NCBI GenBank assembly: GCA_965237955.1
Contig: OZ250169.1
Span: forward strand, 6,816,001-6,880,000
Direction: 5' to 3'
Origin: Candidatus Marinacidobacterales bacterium
GTDB lineage: Bacteria > Acidobacteriota > Vicinamibacteria > Marinacidobacterales > SMYC01
Length of the DNA: 64,000 bases
Below, piece after piece: positions 19,626-28,706 of this stretch. A program made the position numbers and the translations under genes. The notes beneath the pieces are model-generated. The model did no database searches, was not told the origin of the DNA, and saw only the letters and a program-made list of their open reading frames with translations. Position 1 is the first letter of the stretch; each line of letters starts with the position of its first letter.

Positions 19626-21041
19626 TCAGCTGTCCAATAGCTCGATCAGATCGTAGCCGTCGCCCATGTCGGGGCGGAAGGTTCGGGTGCCGAGCTTTTC
19701 GGTCAGTGTGTCGGCGAACGCGTTTGCGGACTTGGGCTCGCCGTGGACGACGAATACCGTGTCGGGCTGTTCTTTGCTGCCGCCGGCGGTGCGTACCCAT
19801 TTGAGAAGTTCGGTTCGATCGGCGTGTGCGGATAGGCCGCTGATGGGAATGAACTGCGCTTTGATGGGAACATTCTCCCCGTGAACGCGCACCGTGCGTT
19901 TTCCCTCCATCATCGCTCGGCCGCGCGTTCCGGGAGCTTGATACCCGGAAAGCATGATGAGGGTTCTTTTGTGCGGTAAAAGGCGTTTCAGATGATGGAG
20001 CACCCGTCCGGCGGTGAGCATGCCGCTTGCGGAGATGATGATCCGGGGTCCGGGGAGTTTGTTGAGTTTCTTCGATTCGTCGACGGAGCGGTGGAACTGG
20101 ACGTTGTTTGGGAACAAGCGGCTTCGGCCGTCGTCGTTCAGGGAATCATCGAGGCTCAAGTCCTCGATATGGCGGGAGTAGATGCGGGTCGCATCCACCG
20201 CCATCGGGCTATCGATGTGGATTGGCACGTCGGGAAGACGCCCGGCTTTGATGAGCTGCCGCAGGCACAGCGTGACGAGCTGCGAGCGGCCGACCGCGAA
20301 CGACGGGATGAGCACCGTTCCCTTGCGATCGATGCAATCGATGAGCGCCTCGCCAATCTGCTCTTCGATGGAGCCGCTCTTGTGCTCGCGATCGCCATAG
20401 GTCGATTCCATGATCAAGAAATGACAATCGGGGAGCGGGTCGGGGTCTGAGTGCAGGGGCATGTTGTAGCGCCCGACGTCGCCGCTGAAGACGAGCCGGA
20501 TGGTGCGCTCTCCCGTTTCGAGATGAACCTCGACCATCGATGCGCCGAGGATGTGGCCCACGTTCAGAAACCGCGCGCGCACGCCTTGTGCTGGCTCGAG
20601 CCACTTGCCGTAGTCCACCGGCTCCATGAAGCCGAGAGCGCCTCGGGCGTCGTCGGACGTGTATAGCGGGAGCGCGGGTTTGTGTTTGCTGAATCCTTCC
20701 TTGTTGGCGTAGTGGGCATCCTCTTCCTGGATCTTCGCCGAGTCCATCAACAGGAGCTGGGCGAGATCGAACGTTGCGCGCGTGCAATAGATCGGGCCGC
20801 GAAAGCCATCCTTCACGAGCCGGGGAAGGTAGCCGGCATGGTCGATGTGCGCATGTGTCAGGAACAAGAAATCGACATGCTCGGGATCGAATCGCGGTTT
20901 CTTCCAGTTCAAATTTCTCAGTTTCTTGAGCCCCTGGAACAGCCCCGCGTCGATCAAAAACCGCGCGGAGCCGGTTTCGACCAGGTGTCTCGAACCAGTG
21001 ACGGTGCCGGCACCGCCGTGGAATGACAGCCGTGGGTTCAT
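19626..21041 (-). CDS. MBL-fold beta-CASP ribonuclease
   Basis: GGAGTVTGS, THAHIDHAG, GHILG, SGDVG, MESTYG, SAHAD and VHGE; own ATG at 21041 (MNPRLSF). Confidence 0.92.
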   Translation of the reverse strand: MNPRLSFHGGAGTVTGSRHLVETGSARFLIDAGLFQGLKKLRNLNWKKPRFDPEHVDFLFLTHAHIDHAGYLPRLVKDGFRGPIYCTRATFDLAQLLLMDSAKIQEEDAHYANKEGFSKHKPALPLYTSDDARGALGFMEPVDYGKWLEPAQGVRARFLNVGHILGASMVEVHLETGERTIRLVFSGDVGRYNMPLHSDPDPLPDCHFLIMESTYGDREHKSGSIEEQIGEALIDCIDRKGTVLIPSFAVGRSQLVTLCLRQLIKAGRLPDVPIHIDSPMAVDATRIYSRHIEDLSLDDSLNDDGRSRLFPNNVQFHRSVDESKKLNKLPGPRIIISASGMLTAGRVLHHLKRLLPHKRTLIMLSGYQAPGTRGRAMMEGKRTVRVHGENVPIKAQFIPISGLSAHADRTELLKWVRTAGGSKEQPDTVFVVHGEPKSANAFADTLTEKLGTRTFRPDMGDGYDLIELLDS

Positions 21042-21620
21042 CGCATCAACTCGATCCCGGGCCGAGGGATAGCGCACAGCCTCGACGCCATCGGCTCTCA
21101 TGTCCCGACCGAGTTTTTGTGCGCTCTCATAGCGGCTGGGTGAGGCAATCCGTGAACGATACGTACGAAACGGCTCCGACATCAGATCCACGCCCCGCGC
21201 CGTTCGGATCGCTGTCTGAAACGAAGTGAGCTCGACGAGAAGCGGCGAGAGATCGGCCGTGGTACCTTCGAGGAATAGGAGGCGGTAGTAGGCTACTTCC
21301 GCGAAGCACGTCGGAAGTGTTTGCGAGCCGTACCAGATGCCGCGCTCGGTCTTGACGCCAAAGCGTGAACCGTGGCGGAGCGGGGGATATCGAAACGGCG
21401 TGAACAAGAGGTAGTGGAGCCCTTCGAGCCCTTCGAGGTCGGGCGTTACTGCGGGCTTCGAGTCCTCGAGGAGCTCCTCGAGAAGCACCTGCTCGGCGTC
21501 GGAATCGGTAAGCTTGCGGGTGGAGATCCGATGCTGCGCCTCGACGGCTCGAAACGCGCGCGCCGCAAGGCGCTTGCGATTAGAGGCGCCCCCGCATCGC
21601 GTCCAGATACTCTACGACAT
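21042..21620 (-). pseudogene. RES-domain toxin, 5' part (nonsense at codon 3, truncated by inversion)
   Basis: MS*SIWTRC...RAVEAQH, TPFRYPPLRHGSRFG, AEVAYYR and RYPSARD. Confidence 0.85.
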
Positions 21621-21831
21621 GCACCAGTCCTTGAATCGAGCGCATGAGCTCCGACGGCTTGCCGCCGAGATGGTGATTCTCGGCGTGCAACCACTCCCGG
21701 TTTTTCGCCTCGTCGCCCCCGGTCAACGGGTCGAGGCTCCGGTACAGACGCACGAGAAGAAGTGACAACTCGCCCTCTTTGCCGTCGACGTCGACCTCAC
21801 GCGCACCCCGAGCGAGCCGCGACAGACTCTG
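21580..21831 (-). pseudogene. Xre/MbcA/ParS-type antitoxin lacking its N-terminus
   Basis: SLSRL...KEGELSLLLVRLYRSLD...W..AEN..LGGKP...GLVHVVEYLDAMRG; the frame is not preceded by the HTH start. Confidence 0.8.
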
Positions 21832-21837
21832 TTCCGG

Positions 21838-21925
21838 TTACTGCCCGTATTCCGCGACGGAGAGACCGGGCACGCGCCGATAGTGGCGCTGGTTTCGCGT
21901 CACCACCGGGATGCCATAAGCAAGA
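21838..21925 (-). pseudogene. 3' remnant of a VapC/PIN toxin
   Basis: LAYGIPVVTRNQRHYRRVPGLSVAEY*, a typical PIN C-terminus. Confidence 0.7.
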
Positions 21926-22077
21926 CTCCTCTCTTCGATTCGCAAACGACGTCGCAACTAGATTAGAATAGGCTCGCTCGAGGCACCATAACGTATCAAT
22001 CTCACGATGTGAGCATGCTCTCGCGTGCCCCTCGAGCACACACCCGGTGCCTGTCGGCATAGAGGAGGGTAAAGGCA

Positions 22078-22897
22078 ATGGGTGGAAGAAGACGATTCAC
22101 GCTGCCAGTTCCGGTGGTCGCGCTCTGCATCCTCACTCTCACAGCGAGCCACTTGGAAGCCGACTCGGCCAAAATCTGGGCTGGGCACGCAAAGGAGTTC
22201 GAGGAGCTCCTCGAGAACGCCGAAGTCCTTTCGATCAAAGAGATCGGAAGCGGCGCCAACAACCCGAAGCGAGTGACGCTCCGGCAGGGAGAGCGCACGC
22301 TACGCGGCTTGTGGAAACCGATACAACGCGGTCCCAAAGAGTGGGCGTGGGAGAGCTACGAAACCGAAGTCGCCGCCTACAAAATCGATCGCATGCTCGG
22401 CCTCGACATGGTGCCGCCGACAGTCGTGAAAGAAATCGACGGGCAAAAAGGATCACTACAGCTCTGGGTCGACGGCTGCCGCCTCTACGAGGACGTCGAA
22501 GGTGACGATCACGAGACCGTCTCCTGGGAGCAACAGATCTCGCGCATGCGTGTCTTCGACACAGTCATCGGCAACTGGGATCGCGGCCAGCGGAACTACA
22601 TGGTCGACGACGAGTGGAACGTCGTTTTTGATCGATCACTCCCAGGCTTTTTCGAGCTCGCACTACCTCGACGAGCAACTGGACAAACTGCCGCCCCGAT
22701 TCGATCGAGAGCAAATCGAAAGCATGAAGCATTGGGATGTGGAGTACTTGAGCTTCCGGTTCGGACGACTGCTGCTCAAACCTCAAGTCAACGCCATCAT
22801 CATCCGGCGCGACGCGTTGGTCCGATACGTGGACAATCTCGTCGAGAACCGTGGTGACAAAAACGTCTGGTTCGCGGACGACACTGAAAAGGAGTGA
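22078..22897 (+). CDS. Secreted kinase-like protein (PI3/4-kinase/HipA-like fold), 1-nt frameshift at about 22627
   Basis: Signal peptide; EVAAYKIDRMLGL..VPPTV, GSLQLW, D..IGNWDR...NY, then LIDHS.AF in the next frame after a T5 run. Confidence 0.7.
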
Positions 22898-22924
22898 CCC
22901 CATGAGCTCACTGGACCGACGTAG

Positions 22925-23060
22925 CTTCCTCAACGACAAGTAAGGCATCGTCATCACCTTCCGCGAAGAGAGCGGCTCGGTGGTGCGCGTATCCCACTCG
23001 CTATTCAACAACCGGAGCGATATCCAGCACCTACTGAAAGTGCTCGGGACGATAGCCTAA
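22925..23060 (+). pseudogene. 3' remnant of a class V aminotransferase-like gene
   Basis: GIVITFR....VVRVSHSLFNNRSDIQHLLKVL*. Confidence 0.45.
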
Positions 23061-23064
23061 AGCC

Positions 23065-23487
23065 TTACGACGCGTTCCGGCTCTGGGCAGCGATTCGACT
23101 CACGATACGCTCGACTATTTGTCCGCGGTAGTGCGCGACGTCCCGCGGCTGGGCCCCTTGGGGCACTTTATACTGACTCGATATCGTGAATTTCTTTTCT
23201 TCCGGCTCCGATTGCATGAAGATTTTGACGAGCGTCGGGTAGGGTGTCTCACCGGCACCGGCCCACTCCCATGTGAGCGTGCCCACGAGGTCGGGTTGGT
23301 CAGCTTGGTGAAGCGTTGCGCCCGCCGATAGAAGCGCTTTTTCCAAATCCGCCTTCACGTCTTCAGCATGCTCACCTTCGATCTGAATGTCGCCAAGGGT
23401 CACTCCCTCGAGTTGCGATGATGAGCCACAGTTGATGGTTAGCGCCGCCAAGAGCAGAACGCTAAGGGACAGAAATACTCGACTCAT
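23065..23487 (-). CDS. Hypothetical lipoprotein
   Basis: MSRVFLSLSVLLLAALTINC-GSSS lipobox-like signal; AAGGA RBS. Confidence 0.7.
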   Translation of the reverse strand: MSRVFLSLSVLLLAALTINCGSSSQLEGVTLGDIQIEGEHAEDVKADLEKALLSAGATLHQADQPDLVGTLTWEWAGAGETPYPTLVKIFMQSEPEEKKFTISSQYKVPQGAQPRDVAHYRGQIVERIVSRIAAQSRNAS

Positions 23488-23774
23488 GATTTCCTTCTTT
23501 CCAAAAAGGCCCGGTCGTGCCCCAACCCCAGCCGAGCCAATTGCGGTCCCGAGGTTACTACCGCCATTGCTGAGACTCAACCACCAGATTCCACCCCTAG
23601 TGGCTGATACAGCCCGACCAACAACATATTGGGGCCAACACTGTGGGACCGGTCTACTCGCAAAAATAGTTTGGGAAACTCACATTCTGGCTATAGTCTG
23701 AGGCTCATAAGGGTACGTCCGCGGGGGCGGGTGCGCTGAATCACTAATCGGCCAATGGCCGAAGGAGAGGTGTC

Positions 23775-24416
23775 ATGGCAATTCGTTTGGGAGATACGGC
23801 TCCCGATTTCAAAGCCGATACGACAGAGGGTCCCATTCAGTTTCACGACTGGATCGGGGATGGTTGGGGCGTGTTGTTCTCGCACCCCAAGGACTTCACG
23901 CCCGTCTGCACCACCGAGCTCGGTGAAGTAGCGAAGCTCAAGAGCGAGTTCGACAAGAGGCACGTCAAAGTCGTGGGGCTCAGCGTGGACAAAGTCGGCG
24001 ATCACAAGAAGTGGTCCGAAGACATCAAAGAGACCCAGGGAGTGGCCGTCAACTTCCCCCTCATCGACGACGCCAGTCGGAAGGTGTCGGATCTCTACGA
24101 CATGATCCATCCGCAAGCCGACGACACGATGACGGTGCGATCGGTTTTCGTAGTAGGTCCGGACAAGAAAGTAAAGCTCACCATTACCTACCCGGCGAGC
24201 ACTGGACGCAACTTCGACGAGATCCTGCGCGTGATCGACTCGCTACAGCTGACTGCGAACTATCAGGTGGCGACACCCGTGAACTGGAAGGACGGCGATG
24301 ACGTCATCATCGTACCCGCGGTGAGCAACGAAGAGGCGAAAAAGAAATTTCCAAAGGGTTTCAAAGAAGTGAAACCGTACTTGCGCGTGACCCCGCAACC
24401 GAATCGCGACGCGTAA
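23775..24416 (+). CDS. 1-Cys peroxiredoxin (Prx6 type)
   Basis: FSHPKDFTPVCTTELG, YPASTGRNFDE and ATPVNW. Confidence 0.95.
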   Translation: MAIRLGDTAPDFKADTTEGPIQFHDWIGDGWGVLFSHPKDFTPVCTTELGEVAKLKSEFDKRHVKVVGLSVDKVGDHKKWSEDIKETQGVAVNFPLIDDASRKVSDLYDMIHPQADDTMTVRSVFVVGPDKKVKLTITYPASTGRNFDEILRVIDSLQLTANYQVATPVNWKDGDDVIIVPAVSNEEAKKKFPKGFKEVKPYLRVTPQPNRDA

Positions 24417-24889
24417 GCGCGCGCTGACGGTTTCTTTGGCAATCCCCCGGCGTCAGGCCGGGGGATCCAAACCTCGAGGGCGATCCCGCCTTCTCGGTGC
24501 TGGGAGACCGCGAGAGCCAGCGGCGACAAGTCGGAAGAAAAGGCGCAGACGGAATCTACAAATTCGACATCGTGATGCACGCGAGAACGGGTTCGTAGCG
24601 CTGAGTCCGGCCGAGCGCGACGCTGGAGAATCCCAACACCGCGCTTACCCCCTCGTTGAGCGAGGCGAGCTTGACGACGCCATCTGCTCCTATCGCAAAG
24701 CCATCAACCTCGATCCCTGGCCGGCCCCTCACCGCGCGGGAGAGCGCTTCGAAAGGCGGGCAAGGAACAGCCAAGAATAGCTAACGCGGATCGCTTACAC
24801 CAACAGACTTCAGCGGGACTAAACTACATGAATATGGAGTCGCCGAGAGGACTTTCTGAGCCTTCCCACCCGACGGATCTTCAGGCTCA

Positions 24890-25903
24890 TCAAGGGCTAG
24901 TGTTCCCGCTCGAGTAGTAGCCTTGGCGGGTGCGGACGATGAGGTCGTCTCTGTTTTTCACGCGCACTTCGAGGGGGCGCCAGTTGGCGACGTCGGTCTC
25001 GACTCCGGACTCAGGCTCGAGTTTCTCCCGGGGGATGTACGCCATGCGGTAGTGGCGGTGAAGGTCCTCCTGCACATCCGCGAACGCATCCTTCACCGCT
25101 TCGATATCTTCGGGAAAGTAGGCGCGTCCGCCGGTCGCTTCGGCAAGCGTGGTGAGAAACGGTCGGTTCACGCTGTAGGTACCATCGGGTCCCCAACCGG
25201 TGAACCCAACGGCGTAGATCGTCACCTCGCTCAGCTTCGCCGCTTCGACCGCGTCCTCCTTCGTCGACTCGCTCCCCTGCTGTGCAGGGCCCGAATCGTC
25301 ACCGTCGGTAAAAACCAGAAGTGATTTGCGGCCTTCGACGACGCCAACCTCCTCGAGAGCGGTGATGATGGCATCGTAGAGCGGGGTCTTGCCCGCGGCT
25401 CGCATGGAGCTCAAGATCGCATAGTGCTCGCTGAGGTCGTAGGTAAAGCCCGGCCCGAAGCGCACTCCGTTACCGAAAAGGCCGATCCGTGCGGTGTCCC
25501 CCTCGCTCAGGTTTTGCGCGAACAGGTAACCTGCCGTTTGAATCGCACCCAGGTTCGATCGGATGCTCGATGACGAGTCGAGCAGCAGCATCGTCGTTAC
25601 TGGCGTGAACTCCGCGTTGAAGAACTGAATATCCTGGGGCTCGCCACCATCGAGGATGACGAAATCGCTCTCGGCGAGCCCGGGAATGAAGCGGCCCCGT
25701 TTGTCGACGACGACGACGTCGAGCGTCACCGACTCCACCCGGACCGCGAACTGGACGCGGCCTCCTCGCGTCTGCGCAGGCTGTCCAGCCTCTTGAGCTT
25801 GCCGAGCCTCTTCAGTTTGCCCGCCGGCGGCTCCGGCCAACGTCAGGACGGCACACCCGACAGCACCGATGTGAGCTACCTTATCCATGCTTCCCGAGCT
25901 CAT
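24890..25903 (-). CDS. Secreted VWA-domain protein (acidobacterial type)
   Basis: Signal peptide; VTLDVVVVDKRG, LLDSSSS MIDAS, TPLYDA, FTDGDD, TGGRAY and R.RQGYY. Confidence 0.88.
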   Translation of the reverse strand: MSSGSMDKVAHIGAVGCAVLTLAGAAGGQTEEARQAQEAGQPAQTRGGRVQFAVRVESVTLDVVVVDKRGRFIPGLAESDFVILDGGEPQDIQFFNAEFTPVTTMLLLDSSSSIRSNLGAIQTAGYLFAQNLSEGDTARIGLFGNGVRFGPGFTYDLSEHYAILSSMRAAGKTPLYDAIITALEEVGVVEGRKSLLVFTDGDDSGPAQQGSESTKEDAVEAAKLSEVTIYAVGFTGWGPDGTYSVNRPFLTTLAEATGGRAYFPEDIEAVKDAFADVQEDLHRHYRMAYIPREKLEPESGVETDVANWRPLEVRVKNRDDLIVRTRQGYYSSGNTSP

Positions 25904-26097
25904 AGTAGCACGCAGCTTCTACTTGGCTCCTGGCTCGTACGCGCGCAGGTCTTCGTGGAGAAGCGTCCCCCAATGCCAATGCGGTGAAAACCGCAGATAG
26001 CCATCCGGAACGTTGCACGCGACCGCACGATCGCCGAGCGCTTTCTGGAGCGCCATCACGTCCCCAACCGCGCCTGGTAATCTGTCATCGTCCGATT

Positions 26098-26916
26098 CTA
26101 TACATTCAGCGTCACCTCGCGCAGAAGCCGCATCGGGCCGAGTCGCTTCAGCTGCGACAGCTCATCTTCCGAGCGCACGAGAAGCGCACCGGCGAAGCCA
26201 AGTGCGTTGACGGAAATCGAGTTCCACGACTCGCGTGCTCGCGGCACCACGAGCATCCAATCGCGGGTAGCGAGCAGATTGTACGCACGCGGATTCCCGA
26301 GAGAAGCCAAAAGCCTCGAGTACCTCTCATGAATTTTCGGCGCGGCGTCGCCGGTGCCGAGGCAGTCGTCGATACGACAAACCGCGTGCGCGAACGGAAG
26401 GCCTCGCGAATCATCATCGAGCACCGCCTCGATCGGCGTTCGCTCCGAACCGTCGCCGAGCGGCACCGGCACCACTTGGAGATGTTTGTGCCGCTGGCTC
26501 GCCCCCGCGTTGGGACCGGCGTTATAGAACACGAGCGCGTCGGCCTCGGTGAGACAGCGCCACGCGACATCGAAGTCTTCGCGAGTGAGAAGCGACTCCT
26601 GTTCTTCGAACGCGCGCGTCACGAGAAGCACGTGCTGATCGACGACGCTGAATTTATTCAGGACCGCAAAGTGCGTCTCAGAAACGTCGGCGACGAAGAG
26701 GTCCTTTTCCGGCTCGGCGAACGCGTCGAATCCGTCCGGTTTCCGGATGCTGTCGAGACGCTTGCGCTCCAGGTTTTCGACGACACGAGTGAGAAAGCGG
26801 ACGCCGCCGTCTTCGATCACACGGCTCGTCGTCGAGATCGGCTGGAGCGATCCAGAGGAGAGCGCAGCAGCGGTAGTCTCGGCGACCGCGCGCCAGAACG
26901 CGCTATCGGATCGCAC
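26098..26916 (-). CDS. Ap4A phosphorylase/ATP adenylyltransferase (Apa2-like)
   Basis: LNKF, FYNAGPNAGASQRHKHLQ, YNLL and NALGFAG. Confidence 0.88.
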   Translation of the reverse strand: MRSDSAFWRAVAETTAAALSSGSLQPISTTSRVIEDGGVRFLTRVVENLERKRLDSIRKPDGFDAFAEPEKDLFVADVSETHFAVLNKFSVVDQHVLLVTRAFEEQESLLTREDFDVAWRCLTEADALVFYNAGPNAGASQRHKHLQVVPVPLGDGSERTPIEAVLDDDSRGLPFAHAVCRIDDCLGTGDAAPKIHERYSRLLASLGNPRAYNLLATRDWMLVVPRARESWNSISVNALGFAGALLVRSEDELSQLKRLGPMRLLREVTLNV

Positions 26917-28675
26917 GATGCTGATAGAGCACGCCGTCGGAAAATCCCTGCCCGCGGTAGTAGTTCCGGGTGCCGACAGAGGAGATTACCGCCATCTTGG
27001 AAAAACCCTTTTCACGCGCAAGCTCGGCCGCATGGTCGATGAGACGGCGCCCGAGCCCGGAATGTTGAGCTTTCCGCTCGTCGCGCTCGCCGATCGTCAC
27101 AGCCGCACCGTAGACGTGGACTTCGCGGATCAGCGCGCTGGCTTCGAGCTCGGCGATATAGGCAGGCTCTTCGGGAAGACACAGGCGCAGGAAGCCGGCG
27201 AGACGATCTGAGTCGGTAACGAACTGCAAGAAGGCTTCGTCACCGACCGAAGTGCGGTAGCGCTCGACGACGAGGCGAAGAGTCTCGGGCGAAGCGGTAT
27301 CGCCGCGAATTTCGCGGGCGCGAATATCGCGGGAGCCGATGCCACGCTTCGCCATCTCCGACTCTGCGATCGCACGAAAATTCGTCACCCGGCTTCCGGC
27401 GAGGATATCATCACCGGGGATGTCGCGAATGACCCGCGAAAGGCGGCAGTAGACGGGCGTTTCGGTCATGCAATCGATCAGGATCTTCAAGAGCTCGTCT
27501 TCGGAGTACGGCCGATAGCGCCCGGCTTCGTAATGGGTCATCAACTCGGCGCTCTCGATAAGGCTGCATGGGTACAGCTTGAGCTCGTCCGGACGGAAGT
27601 CTTGATCCGAGAACAGGCGCGCAAAGTCGACCACGTCCTCGGCCGGAGTCGAGCCGTAGAGGTTCACCATCCAATGCGCCTGGACCTTGAAGCCCGCCTG
27701 ACGCAGCAACTTGGTCGCTCGGCGGGACGCTGCGACGTCGTGACCGCGCTGGTTGAGCTCCAGCACTTCGTCGGAAAGACTTTGGTAGCCGATCTGGATC
27801 TTGGTGGCGCCGAGGCGTCGGAGCCGTGTGACTTCTTCTTCGGTGATGTAGTCGGGACGGGTCTCTAGCGAGAGCCCCACGCACCGCGCTCCCGCGGTCT
27901 CGTTCTCGCGCTGTACCACGGCGAGCTCGTCCCAGGTCGCGGACTCCGCCGCTTCTACCGCACCCGACGCGTCGGCTCGCTCGGTGAAATCTGACACGAT
28001 GCGGTTGTACGGGTTGCCACCCTTACGACCGTCGACCTCTTCACCGATCGCTTCGAAATCGATCCGTAAACATGAACTCGAACGCGAGCTGGGAGGCGCA
28101 TCGCGCACACCGGCACCGAAATCGTTCAACGCAACGAACGTACGCTTCAGGAACCAAATTTGATACGGCTCGGTGTAGAACGACCACGTGCCTCCGAGAA
28201 CAATGAGCTCTATTTTGTCCACGGGATGCCCGATGCGGTAGAGCGCGCTCAACCGTGCAAGCGTCTGCTCGTACGGATCGAACTGATGCATACCGGCGCG
28301 TTGGGCCCCCGGTTCCCGCGACAAGTAGCTCTTCGGCATCTTCACGTCGTTCGGGCAGAAGATGCACTTTCCCGGGCACGGGAACGGCTTGGTGAGAATG
28401 GTCACCGGCGTGACGCCGCTGAGCGAGCGCACCGGCTTCATGCGGAGCTTTTCGATGATCGCCTCGCGCTCGGAAGGCCAGTCGTAGAGCTTTGCGAGAT
28501 AGCGGTAGCCCGCGATGAGCTCGCTCCGCGAGAAGATGGACGAGCCGTTTTTGGGATGGCGGCGTAGGATGCGGTCGAGCGAGCGTACCTTTATTTCAGG
28601 AAGGGATTCCACCTCGTCGAGAATGGCGAGCAGGTCGCGCTCGTGGTCCTCGGGTGCAAACTCGTAGTTGCGCAT
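26903..28675 (-). CDS. elp3: Elp3 tRNA U34 carboxymethyltransferase (radical SAM + KAT)
   Basis: KPVRSLSGV, CPGKCIFC, PKSY, GHPVDKIE...GGT, ETRPD, PDELKLYP, R.SRVIRDIP, IRAREI, REVHVYG, QHSGLG and VISSVGTRNYY. Confidence 0.92.
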   Translation of the reverse strand: MRNYEFAPEDHERDLLAILDEVESLPEIKVRSLDRILRRHPKNGSSIFSRSELIAGYRYLAKLYDWPSEREAIIEKLRMKPVRSLSGVTPVTILTKPFPCPGKCIFCPNDVKMPKSYLSREPGAQRAGMHQFDPYEQTLARLSALYRIGHPVDKIELIVLGGTWSFYTEPYQIWFLKRTFVALNDFGAGVRDAPPSSRSSSCLRIDFEAIGEEVDGRKGGNPYNRIVSDFTERADASGAVEAAESATWDELAVVQRENETAGARCVGLSLETRPDYITEEEVTRLRRLGATKIQIGYQSLSDEVLELNQRGHDVAASRRATKLLRQAGFKVQAHWMVNLYGSTPAEDVVDFARLFSDQDFRPDELKLYPCSLIESAELMTHYEAGRYRPYSEDELLKILIDCMTETPVYCRLSRVIRDIPGDDILAGSRVTNFRAIAESEMAKRGIGSRDIRAREIRGDTASPETLRLVVERYRTSVGDEAFLQFVTDSDRLAGFLRLCLPEEPAYIAELEASALIREVHVYGAAVTIGERDERKAQHSGLGRRLIDHAAELAREKGFSKMAVISSVGTRNYYRGQGFSDGVLYQHRAIR

Positions 28676-28706
28676 CGTTCGTGAGAAGAATAGCGTAAAC
28701 GCGACC

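Noticed and set aside
19626-21488. 620-aa RES + MBL RNase as a novel fusion protein
   Set aside because: Explained by an inversion junction; RES lacks its start and tail, and the MBL gene has its own ATG.
24436-24780. 114-aa ORF as a TPR gene
   Set aside because: Only about 25 residues look TPR-like; at most a remnant.
24835-24856. tRNA 3'-end-like sequence (minus strand AGTCCTCTCGGCGACTCCA) as an att site
   Set aside because: No T-loop GTTC, no cloverleaf, no integrase or second copy in the window.
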